Source of the DNA: Catajapyx aquilonaris
Lineage: Eukaryota
Length of the DNA: 64,000 nt
NCBI GenBank assembly: GCA_000934665.2
Contig: KZ538301.1
Span: forward strand, 1-64,000
Direction of reading: 5' to 3'
The notes beneath the pieces are model-generated. The model did not search any database, was not told where the DNA came from, and saw only the letters and a program-made list of their open reading frames with translations. The translations under genes and the position numbers were made by a program. Positions 11,740-24,900 of this stretch are shown one piece after another; within the stretch, counting starts at the first letter, position 1, and the number at the start of each line of letters is the position of its first letter.

Positions 11740-13718
11740 TGTTTATGACTGAATGGACTTTACCAGGTAATACTTAGTGGCACAAATAACTCAAAACCGA
11801 CAAAATTGAACATGGTGGATTATCGCTTTATATGCCCACGATATAGGGTTGGACACACGAGCAATACATAAACCCACTTGCTTTCGCAACGCCGACTTTA
11901 AGAACAGAAACACTGTAATATGATCTGGAGAAAGCATCGGGGTTAGAGCTCTGTTAGGCATTATACAGACAGGTGGCAGCACCTCTCGGAGTAAAACAAA
12001 AGAAATAAAGGAGTAGCAAAGATGGCGTAGTGTATCATTCAGCAGTTCCTCGGTCTCCGGACATAACAAGCTCCTTCTGGAAATTTCCTCACTTCCAGTC
12101 AAAAATGCTGGCCCCCGAAACTAAGTTAGCGTTTATTGGAAACGCTCCGCAAATGCCCTCGCCGCAAAAATGTGGATAAAAATCGAGTTTGTAAAGGATC
12201 GTCTGCACAATTTCACGGAAGATGGTCTCAAGGCAACGGGGGGAAGAAAGAAAAAAGGAAGATCGAAGAACAGTTTATGGATGCAGGCCAAACGGACAAT
12301 GAAATATTGATGAGGCGTCGCAACTGCGCCTGGAACCTCTTCCCCCCCGTACCCTCCTCGCCTCGGGGTGACTAAAGCTGCCGGATAACTCCATTATTTG
12401 CTGCTGCTTATCGAGATTGTGCCTGTTAAAAAAGTGGAGAAAGACGCGAGGAGGCAGTGGGAAAGACGCTTTTCTTATGGCGGAGAAGGAGGAGGATAAA
12501 AGTCCCAAAGTGGCTCTGTTTGGTTAATGCTGAGGCCGCAATCCAGCCTGATTTGCTGCCTTGTTGCCTTAACTTATCGCCACAATATTATTCCATCCAG
12601 TCGCTACTTAAGCCCGTTTTATATGGGTGGGTATAGCTCGCCAGATGGTACATCCCAAAAAGGTCGCTGTGACAACCACACCCGAAAGGTAAGCAATATA
12701 GGGTGTTATTCAAGAGCCACTTACAGACGGGGAAATAACACTGCTGACACTCCTCATTAATGATGCTGTACAACTTGTATCAACAATTTTTTAAACATCT
12801 ACACCCTAGGTGACACCCTACAATGGTCCCCCATTACGCTTATAATGGCGCCTGTGGTAGGTCAAGTAATTTGGTGGACTGAACTCAAAGATGAGCAAAT
12901 GTCTATTGATTTGATTAGGCTCAACCTTTACACATCCTTTCATATAGGATTGAAATTTGTGTTTACGCGGCCAAGCTATGCAGAGTAGTTAAAACGGATG
13001 ATCTACTGGGCGTGGTTTGGAGGACTGAGCACCAGGATGTGCCACAAAGCGTAAAGAGAGCCCGGCGATTTAACGGTGGTGGATTTTTAAACCACCGGCT
13101 CCTGCCCCTCCCAGTCTACCCCTCACACCCGGTTGGCCCTCCAAAATTTTTCTGTTTCCTGTTCCCGACCAGCACGCGCCAAATCGGATCACGTGCAAGG
13201 GGATTGTCAAATCACGCTAACATCCAAATCCAATTAGTAGGACCCGCGAGGTAAATCCCAACAAACAGCTCTGAGGGGACGCAGCCCCTGCCATTTTTCC
13301 CGCCTCTCTCTATCTCTAAAATCCACCACAATCCTGATGCGGAAGAAACAATGGGATCTGTGTCAACAATCAGCACAAGGGACGCAGCTGCAACCTATGG
13401 AACACTGTTCAATATCAACGCTTTGGAACTCTTCCACACATCATCCCGCCATGGCCACCATGCACTCCATTACTCACGCTAACCAAATTCACTATTAACC
13501 TAACTTTGCTGTCTTCCAGATCAAATATGGCGTCTCAATTGCGACACCATTGCCCTCGAACTTGGTGAGAAAAATAATATAAAATAATTAAGCGGTCAAG
13601 CGGCTATGAACGTACAGTAAGTTACAATAATGTTTTCTGGTAGTTTCATCATTTCGGATAAATGCTAATTATTATCAACAACTTCAGCCATTTTGCTACA
13701 GGTTAGGTGAACCTGTGG

Positions 13719-13719
<1 letters not shown>

Positions 13720-13782
<63 letters not shown>
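13720..13782. repeat. (ATT)21 microsatellite
   Basis: Perfect trinucleotide run. Confidence 0.98.
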
Positions 13783-16700
13783 GGGGGTAATAACGTTGCC
13801 TTAATGGATGAGATTATTTTAGGAATGGTAAGCGTTTGGCTTAGGACTAGCCTTAGATATGCGGTCGGGCGTGATAATTCTAATGATATGGACACTCATT
13901 TTTATTATAATTACTAGACCCCTTTGCCAGCGGAGAACCGATAACATTGGAAAAGAGCTTTTCTCTGCCAGCTTATCTCGGTCGAATGGGGATTTTGTGG
14001 GGGCTTGGCGGCCATGGTATATGAGTGTGGCGGGTGGGGCAGAGTACTGCCTACGCATAACACGTGACCCATGTTGACGGTCGCACACAAATAGTGCCTG
14101 TAGTGTATACGTCCTCTACCAGTGTCGGGTGCAAAGAGAAAGAAAAACCATGATCCTCTTATGCCAGTTGCCGTCGCACGCGGCTTACCCCTGATTTTCA
14201 TATCGATTCACTAGCAATTTTCATTGGAAACGGATACAATTGCGATCAGACACACTAGCTCGCAGTCAATTTTCACCCTCAAATCTTTTTAAAACTACTT
14301 ATATCTTGCATTTATTTCAAGGGAAACAATATTTGCATCCCACCTAACATTACGCCTTTCCCAACTATTTATACAATCATTTTCACTGATTTTTAAAGTT
14401 TTCCATCAAAGTGAGCAGTGAAGGGTTACTTATAACCGATGCGGACAGGCACTTCTACATGTGGAAAAGTGGGTTTGTGGGTGCGTCTGCAAATGAATGC
14501 AAATGAAAATGAAAAATAGGGGAAGTAGGGGTGAAGTGACAGAGAATTCAATTAGCATACAGTCCTTATGGGTCACAAGAATGCTTCTCAACTAGAAGTT
14601 GGCAGTGATTGGCCACTCCTCTTTGAAGTCAACTTGTGCCCCTGATTATGATTACTTGCTATTAGGCGTAATCATTCCTCGTGTTTTCATGTTTCACCTA
14701 AGCTAGAAGTGATTGACCCTGCTGACTCACATAATTGTTTTTTTTAAATACTCTCACAGGTTGAGAGGTTGAGAGGTTGAGAGCGGATTCTAATCAGTTC
14801 CAGAAGTTGAGGTTAAATGCCCCAAATGAGTCCAGGCAGTGACTAGTGAGGCTCTAGAGAGGACTGGTATGGAGTTGACAAGTCTCTTTGCAGACCTAGT
14901 TGAGTGTTTCGTGTCTAGTTTAAGCAGTATAATAGGCTATTTAGACTGGTCTTGACAAGTGCGAGACTGTCCTTGCACAAGAGTGTAGGCTATAATAGAG
15001 TCGTCGCCCTTTTTTCCCCAAACACTAAAGAGCCACCGCGTGTATGACAACACCCTTAATGGGTATGTAACAGCGCTATTTGTCACGTCTAACCCCAACT
15101 CTTACCGCTGATTGCAAAACTTCATTACTGTCCAGTTGCATTATGGATCGATGGGTTTAATCAGGACACAATAACCTGCTTCAAAAAAGGCCAGGCCCTG
15201 ATTCAATTAACTTTTGAAAGCGCGACGACTCACCCCCCATTAACCAGCTTGTTGGGGGTCGCCTCGCAGGAAATTGCCGAACGTTGCTTTCCCGTGTATG
15301 ACCATCGTTGATTGTATCGATGACAATTACGACCGACGATTAAACCTGAATCAATCACGGACGGTAGTTATTGGCTGAATCTCACAGGGTCTTGCGTCCT
15401 TATCAAAAGACCCAAGAGTAAAAAGGATCTTCCAGCCACAATTTATCGTAAATGTCCTTCGAGGAGTTGGGGGAGGGAGGAGGAGGAGCAGGCAGGAGCG
15501 GATCGGGGGAGGTCCTCCTAAACGTGCCCCATGAGTTCTTTCATTTCCCGGAGTCAATATAGTTGAGGACTTGGTTTTTACGAGTCAATAAAACAAGATG
15601 AACTGGACTGGATCCGAAAGAATGGCCGACGCACCTTTACTGCGCACCACAACTGCCAACTTTGACCCAGCCATGCACCGACAAAATCCACCTTGATGCT
15701 ACGCTCCTTTATAGATGCTACTTATACCTAAGCCACTTCTCAATAAAAACGGTTTCTACTTACTCCTCGGCCCATATTTATGAGAAGAATTAAATCGCTT
15801 TCTAAGAAATATTAGCTGGCTCCAAAATATAAAGTTGGCATCCCTGATTAATACCGCGAGATACTCTCATCCGGGTCTTTACTTCCAAGAAATGACGCAA
15901 CTCCGGCTTAGTGGATTCATCTTTACGAGTTTCCAGGCTTAAGGAACACACTTCTTTCTCCCACTCTCCCTCTTTCTCTCCCTCCCCCCACTCCCTCTCT
16001 CTTCAATTTGCATCCAATATGGTTTCTCAAGGCATGCCCAGATGGCTCCACTTGCCCACACATTGAAGGACCGCAATTACAAAAGGCAATATCTATGACA
16101 CGCAGTGAACCGCCATCAAAGAGTATCTTGCTGATATTATGTTTTTTTTCTTCTACAGTAGTCGGAGGTGTCACTCTTCGCGCTATTTATTCGAAAACTG
16201 ATGCGAGTCTCCTGGACCAATCTTCACGTGGTTCATCCCGCTCCACTCATGAGGAAACCGAAACACACCATTCGACGCCTACGTTGTTGAGTGCTACCCA
16301 AAACTGAGCGTCACGGCATGTAACAAAATTCTTAACCACATGGAACATGACAAATGCGAAACAAAGTTGTGTAGACATTCCTGGAGAAAATAATGAACTT
16401 TGGAACAACGGTGGGGTACAACGAGGAAGCCGACGTCATTCAATCCCAACCCTGTTGCCACAACTTGACGTCAGACTACTTTGTACTTTGTATTCTTTTC
16501 ACTTGTCAGTAGTAGTGGCAACCTGTCAACAACAACCTGCTTGTTGAGTGTCCTAAAAGTCACGTTAATGGAGATTGGAGTCTACGAAAAAGTTTGGTGG
16601 ACCTCGCTTCTTTTGTTTGTTCCCAGGAGTTATCCCAGCATGCCCCGGGGTGTGAGCCCGGCGGTCATTGTGGCCGACGGAGGAAAAGCGGGCTTTAACT

Positions 16701-17740
16701 GCTTGCTTTGTGCGGGACCAAGGAGAAGAGTCAGGCCGGCCTGGCCTTTTGGGAGGACGCCACCTCGCCCACCCCCCTTGCCACAGACCCTATGCAGGTC
16801 ATGTTTTGCCAGTCGACAACTCTTTTGTTTACGCATCTGCAGACATAGTGCGGCCCCTTCTACAATTCACTAAATGCAACGCGTTGTACTTGTCTCCATC
16901 AAAGGACCCCCCACTATTGTGTAGTCATACGTACAGGGGCTTTTGAGAAACACAGCTTTGTCAGAGGGAAATGACATTTTACCCACATTGCATGCAGTCT
17001 CGGAACACTGCACCGGGTCAGAGGACAGTGTTTACACGTTGTCTAACAAGAAATTCCTCGGCAGTCCATAATTCCGTACAAAATACATATTTTCATAAAA
17101 TAATCGTAGGTGTCTATCCCATGTTATTGGTAACACATTGGTGCTCGAGCACCCATCGACCATAGCATTACCGGTCCAGTACCCTTCCCGACGTACAAAG
17201 CAAATTCCTATATCGGTTAGAGCCCATGTAAGTTAACAGAATACAAAGCGATGCAAAAAGATTTCTCGAATTTCAAATATCCAGCGGCAAAGCATTCCGC
17301 GTGCTATGACAAAGCAAAAGCAGGCTCCATCGGCGGGAAATCCACGGTAAACCCTTCTTCCCACAAACCCAATGCAACCCGGAGTGGGTTAGGTGCGCCT
17401 CTAAGTCCCTCTGCGGATAGATCCCAGGCAGCAGAAAGGGAAGGAAGGGATTTGTTGAGCCCCCATCTAAACGATAGCACACTTGCTCATTTCTTCGCCT
17501 GCCAAGCCTCAGAGAAAGGCAACCTCCCTCTCTCCCTCCCTCCCCACTTCACCCCACCCAACCCGCCCTGAATACCTCGAATAGAATAATTCGGTACAAT
17601 CCAAGAATCCAAACCGTTCTAAACAAGGATGGGATGTGTGTTTATAATCCCAGGGCCCCTATTTCCCAAACGGTTCCTTCCGAGAGGTTGGATCCTAATA
17701 GGATAAGACTGAGGATGGTCCTGGAATGTTCTTCCGGAGA

Positions 17741-17742
<2 letters not shown>

Positions 17743-17776
<34 letters not shown>
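17743..17776. repeat. (CT)17 microsatellite
   Basis: Perfect dinucleotide run. Confidence 0.95.
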
Positions 17777-17778
<2 letters not shown>

Positions 17779-18701
17779 CCCCACCCCCCACCCCCTTGCC
17801 TCCCCCGATTTCATTGCTACCCGCCCCACCGCACAGCTCTAATCCCGGACTTAATCTCACTCATTACTCGTCCCACTTGCTCCAAAATGGAAGACCCCGG
17901 TCCCGCACTTACTACCAACTACTAAACTACCTCACTACTAATACTACCCACCACCAGTCTATATCCCGCTTGGGCCAGACTTGGCCACAACGTAAATTCA
18001 TTCCCATGCTTGCGGTCTTAGCCTGCTTCTTAATCTGGGATAACCTCACCTTGAGCCTCCATTACGATCATCCCGGTTCGCGTTTCCAAGTCTTAACCTA
18101 TCCGCACATGCAAAACTGGGCCGTTATTTACGTGCGGAACGGTATGCGATCAACAATTTGCCTCGCAGGCACTTGGAAAAATTCTGAACATGACAACATA
18201 TTGTACGGGGTATTTTAATTATCCTGGGGTCAGAAGGGCGTCGGGGGATAAACAAAATGACTCACGAGGTATGTCCGGCATTGGCTATAACACGCCCCGG
18301 TAAAAAGAGGCGCCATAGTGTAATTCCACGCAATGATGCTACATTACTACATCGCACTTTATCATGGACCTTAGCGTTTTTTAAGGCGCCGTGTCAATGG
18401 AACAGAGGGTGTTTGTCCAGCCCGGAACATTAATTTGCAAGCATTTTTAAAGGATATATAAGCGAAATGCAACGGTCGACACAAGCAGATCAATATGTGC
18501 AGTTAGCCCGGCAAATACACATGGCGCCTACTTCTGACACGTGTAGGCTTATTGCCAGCGACATGAAAATGTAATTTTCAGTTTAACCAATTTGTTCCCA
18601 TCAGCGTCCTATATATAGTGTAGGACCGTTGGGAAAAAATATTTCTCGAAGATGTGCATATAAATCACAGAATAAGCAAGCTGAACCACTTCATGAAAGT
18701 A

Positions 18702-18993
18702 ATTATAATAATAATTCATACCCCGTTAACAGCCTATCGGCTCTTTAGGGGGGAAGTTTTTGTTTTGCCTGGAACTCTTTGCTTTCATTTTACTGCGCGT
18801 TTTGGGATAGGATAGGGACGGAAGGAAGCGGCTGTGGCCTATTAATTACGGAAACAACTCCGGAATTTTCCTGGAAGGACCGTGGGAAACCACAGAAAAC
18901 CACGGTCAGAGTTGCCGGCCCCGGGATTCGAAGCTAGGACCTCCCGATTAGCAGTCGGACGCCTTATCTACTATGCCAACCTGCTTCGGTAGT
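18702..18993 (-). mobile_element. tRNA-derived SINE, apparently full length (~290 bp), resembling insect Lm1/Talua-type SINEs
   Basis: Perfect 15-bp TSD CACTTCATGAAAGTA at 18687-18701 and 18994-19008. Minus-strand Pol III A box TGGCATAGTAG (18968-18978) and B box GCTTCGAATCC (18924-18934), 33 nt apart. ATT-repeat tail at 18702-18716. The body (GGAAGGAAGCGGCTGTGGCC...GGAAACCACAGAAAACC on +) resembles that family from memory. Confidence 0.92.
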
Positions 18994-21900
18994 CACTTCA
19001 TGAAAGTATAATCTAGTGGGAGAATGCACGTACTGTACATCACAATTCAGTGATTGCATCAGCCCCAATTTATTACAAGTTGAACTTGAGGAAAATTGCC
19101 CATTTCAGAATTGGCGCGATTGAGTGACTATTTCTTTGAATTATTAATACTTCTACATCTTTGAAAAACAAATACAGTGTATGACTGTTGCAAGAAATGT
19201 TGTGGAAAGCCACCATACAATATTTGCATTGTTGGCCCTTATTAGTGGCGAATGGCAGCAAGGAAAACAATGGTGTCTATGCAACCCCCTAATACGTACT
19301 TTTGTTAGCCATTAAAGTAACTGCTTAAATTGTGTAGACTAGTGCCAACAACCGCCACAGCAATCGGAGAAGTATTTTAGATCACCCTGTGTAGCCATAA
19401 TGTTACATAATTAAACTTGGGACCCATACTTTCCAAGATGAAAAAAGAGAATGGCCTCCGAGAAATTTATGCGACTCGATATAATGGGCTGAACTACTTG
19501 AATTATTGGGATATAATACGATTCTATCATTGCTGCCAGCAATGCATCATTCAATGTGAGAATTGCCACATTGCATTGCATGTAAAGTGAAGCAATGAGT
19601 GGAGAGAAAAAAGTATAGGGATTGTCCTAGAGTTCTATATATAGGACACCTTGTAACTTCTGTTGTAATTAAAGTTTTACGCTGAACTATTTTTTCTATC
19701 TTTGTTTCTAACACATGACTTAAAATATCATTAATATCATAAGTAGCTCAACCTGGGAAAAAGGGTTAATTGTGTTCACACCAAGCACTCGTCTGTTTTT
19801 AAAAAAATAAGACTAGCAATGCCGCTTTCTTGTCAGCTGCAATTTTATACAAACAGATGGAGCAGCTTCCATGCTGGGCGTTGATTCTCTTTTCCGAGTG
19901 CCATCTGTTAGCGATATATTCTCAGCTGAAACTGATTCCAATATTAATTGGTACGGTCGGGCACGCAGAAAAGCCCCCTTAAATCAAGCAGCTGCTTAAG
20001 TCAGAAGTAAGTTAGATCCCATAAGGCGTCTTGGGGGATGCAATTGGGAAGCGATATGGAGTCCAAGTGATTGCGGCGTCTTCGGGGCCATCTGTCATGT
20101 CGGTCGGAAGCGCTGTACGAATGCTAAGTGTGTAGTTGAGGCGCCACACATGATAAAGGATCCCCTTGGAAACGGCAAGGAAAGGAATAATCCGGAGCAG
20201 GTGTGGCCCGGAACTGCCTCTTCCCTTCCCTCCTTTCTCCTTTTTTTTCCAGGAGCGTCATCCACATCCTCGTGCCGCTGACTAATGGCGCTTTCCACCC
20301 GCAGATTACCAACTCTACAACCCGTCTAGAACACCTACCTACTTTTATCTTGGGGTCAATTGCAACATTCAAACTATTCAAATAGTCGCGTAGAAATAAT
20401 GTCGCCATCATTTTTTTTTCTTGGTAGGGAACTGCTAGGATTTCCTATAGAAGTGGCATGGGGTGAAGACATGTATAATTGCAGAACATTGCCTAACCAT
20501 GCCCTATCAACAATACCATGTGGATAGGCGTGGAGAATGATTGATTAACTATGGTTGCGCAAGCGCGGCACTCCGTAGTCCCGCACGACATGGGCTCAAA
20601 AAATGGGCCGTGGGATTTTCTATTTCATAAAATTATGCAGCCATCCTCGCCTCTATTTTTCTGTATAAAAGAGCATAAGACTTTTGATGCTCTTATTTCT
20701 ACGTGCTACGTGCTGTAGTGAGAGTCTGCAACGATCGAATTTTACTGCGACGCATGGCGAAAAGTCCAATATGGCGTAGCTGCGGGGCTCACCTCTCGTT
20801 TTGAAGTCGCGGTGTTTCTTTGTTTTCAAGCCTTTACTACGATTTTTGAGTATGTCATAGCCGGAATCTGTACAAAGTAAAACATACGGGCAGTTCAAAT
20901 TAAAGTGAGCCATGGACAGACATGATTGTGCATAAGCACAGTATAGAGTGAAGAATCATGTATTTTACCAATATACAGTAGGTATCCTGTATAGAACAGT
21001 ATATCTTTAATATGCCTGACAGGTTGCTTAGGAGAAACACTATCGAGGTATCGCCAATTATCCCTGCTATTAAGCAAATAAATCCGTGATAAGCAAGGCA
21101 AGACACCGGAGTTATAGCACGTTCATGTGCACAAAAAATGTCGTCCCAAGATAACGTCATTTACTCTAATAAAATAATGGTTTTCGTAAGTTCGTGTACC
21201 ACTTTCATTTATAGTATGAGCAGGAAAGAAACGTCGCCGTTTTACAGTATATTGCCTAACATTATGTGCAGTATTTATTTCGGAATGTCAATAAGAGAAA
21301 AAAAACTGATATATGGAAATAAAAATGATGTTATTATGCGCGGGAATTGAAGAGTATTTCAATAAAGTGCTTATTTGTACCGACGCAGTAGTAATTTATT
21401 ATGACATAACTTCATCGCCTACGGCGCGCAAGACGGTTGAGACATATTACGTGATAATATCGCTCATCTCTGAGACCTCTATGCAATATTGAAAGGGCAA
21501 AGTCATTTTCATTGCTTCACAGCGACGTTCATAATCCGTCTGGAGACTCTAGAGTATAAGCACATTTCGATGACATTGACAGATTGTTTGCGTGACTCTC
21601 TATATCCACTTAAACAAATCCACACTAATGCAGCCAGATTCAAGCTGAGTTGGCAACTGCAGCACACGTATACACCCGTTGGCCTGTACAAGCAAGTAGT
21701 CTATTGTGTAACCCAACTAGAAGTACTGTACAGCGGGTAAAAAATTCTTCACGGTAACCCAAGCCGGCGATCTTAAGCTCAATATTTAAGCTTCCTGCAA
21801 CTCCATAACTCTCAGCGGATTAGTGAAGCTGGCGTAAACATTCTCTGGGGAACGTCTCGAATTGCTCACCACCTCCTTTTTTCTTCTCCTTCTTCTCTCC

Positions 21901-24900
21901 AAAAATAAGGAGAAGAGAGAGTAAAATAAGGCTCGGGTCTTACATTGGGTTTAATGATTCCCCGAGGTCTGTTGTTCCTCCTAATTCTTCCAAGACATGG
22001 AAATAAAACGTAATGAACGCCTCCCTGCAGGAGGATACATCTTTCCAAATTACTTAATAATCAACCCGTGTGTGTGTGACTTACGGCCCATTTTTTTGGA
22101 AAACTAATTTCAAAAACTGGAGCGTAAATCCATTCGCTACCCCCTCCCTTCCCCCACGCACTAAGAACTTCCCTCCAGAACCCTGATTTGTAAATAATAG
22201 AGGAGCATCGAGAATCGATACTTAGCTCCAGGCTTGCATCACATTCTTCCTTCGCACTTAGCAAGAATTAATCCAGATTTGGGCCTTTTATCGAGTTAAC
22301 GTGGCATTAACCCGAGACTTTATAACCTAATCCTTCGGTGGAAACGGGTGTATACGTCTACATTTCCATGCGGCCTGACCCCCTTTTCATGCTGTTAAGG
22401 CCCTTGCCCCCCGTTTAAAAAACCTGCAGTTCTTTACGTTTTGTTGCTGGTCGTTAACACCCACCGTTGGAAAATGTGCGGTTAATTTAACTCCAGACGG
22501 CACTGGTCGTATTGCAGAAAGTGCTGCCAAAAAAAACCTTGCGGTTTTTTTTGGTGCATGTTGTAGTCTTCGGCAAGGGAGGGAAATATCAGCTGAGATG
22601 GAATTGAAGCTGCGCCCCTGCTGAAAAGGATTAAAGGTCCGGCTTTCTGTAGCGCCCTGCAGCTCGCAGCTCCGGATTACTTTCCTGTAAACGCTTCGAG
22701 GCATAGGATGTCTAGATAACTGCCCGGGGAAACATTCAAGGGGAACTCTGATCACACCAATTTTTTAAAGAGGAGCTTCGAGAGTCTTAGCCTGTGGATA
22801 CTTTGCCGTTTGCCATATAGGCAGCCTAGAACCCTGCATTTTTCAGGCTTTGTTTAAAACATGCAATTTATATGCCGATCGTGTAGTCAGCCATGATTAC
22901 AGTCAAATCACTGTTGGCCCTGGCTGTTTATAGAATTTTTATAATTATTCTTGTCAACAATTTAACCGATAAATTCGGCTCAATATATAATGAGTGCAGG
23001 GAAAGCCAGTCGATTTTGTTATCAGTAACACATCCCAAATCCGTTGAATCCGAGAATAAATGAGCACAACAAGAGAAACTCCGTCGCTCTTTCATAATAT
23101 TTGCGGCAATGATAAATTCGCAACTGAATTATTGCTGGCCCTATAGTCCTCATTTTGTAGACCAGCTTTAAGCAACTTTAATAGTTAACAAATGGCTGTA
23201 ATGTATACAATGACATAAAAAGAACCAAAATACTGCCTTTTGCAAACACCCTGTCCGGAAAAAACAGAGAGAGAGAGAAAAAAAAAAAAGAAAATGTGAA
23301 GGGTGGATCATAGAGCAGCAAAATTGAATCCGGGCTGATTTGATGTCAAGCAGATCCGGCCTCCCTGAGACTGGCTGAGTTTTTTCATTCGTACCACTTC
23401 TCTCGACAAGAGTAATAGGATTTAATCTGATTAACTGGGTTATAGTTATTTTTTGTTAGGTACAGGGGGAATGAGCGTGGGCTGCGTTATCTGCTGGAGT
23501 TGAGGTGATGAGGATTATGCGGAAAGCCAATGGATTCGAATAGGATGTCGTCTGCTGCGGATGACAGGGGGCCAAAATGGGAGAGAGAGAGGGGGGGGAG
23601 GGAAACCTAGCCCCCCTAGGTTTCCCTCCCCCCCCCCTCTGGTGACAAGCTGAATTGGAGGCTGCCACAATGCCAATGATCCCAATCCGCAGAAATCTTA
23701 CATCAAGGATGTCCAAATTTATGGAGTCCTCTTTGGCGTTACCAATCCCAATCATGAATTATTCCATGGATTATGGGTTTGTTGAATTTTTTCAGGAGAT
23801 ATAAATTATGGTTAATGCAATTTCTTTGAATATCCGAAGAATAGTTGGAAATTACACTACAAGTAATTTGTTAAGGACTCCGTACAATTCTACTGCTCAT
23901 CTCGAAATGTTTATGAGCATAAAAAGATTCCCCCCTCATTTTTATTATATTGAAACAGGGAACTTTCTGTATAGACAAAGAGGTAACTCTGGTATTGACG
24001 TGCAGTCGACTGTATTTCATTAAGCAAGTTCCATTTCTCGCATACCATACATACTAGGCTCGGGCCATAAACCTATTAGAAATGTTTACCGTAAAGAGTA
24101 AATATACCAAGGTCCCATTTAAACTTCTGTAACTAAAGAAAAGTTGTACAGTTACTACAATGTTTCAAGACTTGGCCTTTGAAGCTCTTCCTTTTAGCTG
24201 GTTACTTTCACTAAGCTGCCTTTCAGAGCGGCTTACAACAACTTAGTTATTAGTAAAATCCACCATATATGTCGTAAAGAATATTCCAGAAGTTTGCCTC
24301 CTAATGAGAACAGCTTTGCAGAAGTCAGCCTTTTTAGTCCTAAGATGCTTCGCCAAAAGTCTGTGATACTAATAATAAGCCTCCCAGTGTAGCTGAACTA
24401 GCTTGGAAAAAAGAGTTGACTACAGGTCGGATAACTGCATTCCAAGTGTCAAATCAATTCTACATGTAATTGACACAATCTATTGCTTCTTTGCCCGTTT
24501 CAAATTCTAAATGTTCCCATTATTAAGGGAAAAACGCCTAACTTTGATCTGGAAACCTGTAGTCTTGAATCCACGATGTAATTGTTACTTATTAGTGCAA
24601 AACTTCGGAATATACAGTACGACTAAATTTTGTATTGAGGCAGCACAATCCTCAGCCTTTCCTGGCGCAAAACCTGGAAATGTTGGGCATCCCTGAGTGT
24701 TAGAGGTGGAAGAAAGAGGGCAAAATATTATTGATCTGTACGACCCAGGCGAAAGCACAAGTCATCAGAGTGGCGCCCTTTTCAAACGAAGCTTCCCCAA
24801 AAAGAAATAGCGTTGGACACCACTTCATTACCCCCCTGCCTTCCTTGTAGATTAGCTACACAATCAAAGGACGCCGCCAACTACTTGCGAGGTTATAGTT

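Noticed and set aside
12699..12819. Small TAGGGTGT...ACACCCTA MITE
   Set aside because: The inverted match is only ~8-10 nt and no TSD is clear.
17634..18218. Longest ORF (194 aa)
   Set aside because: It runs through a (CT)n repeat and C-rich tract (SLSLSL, PPPP) and has no recognisable domain.
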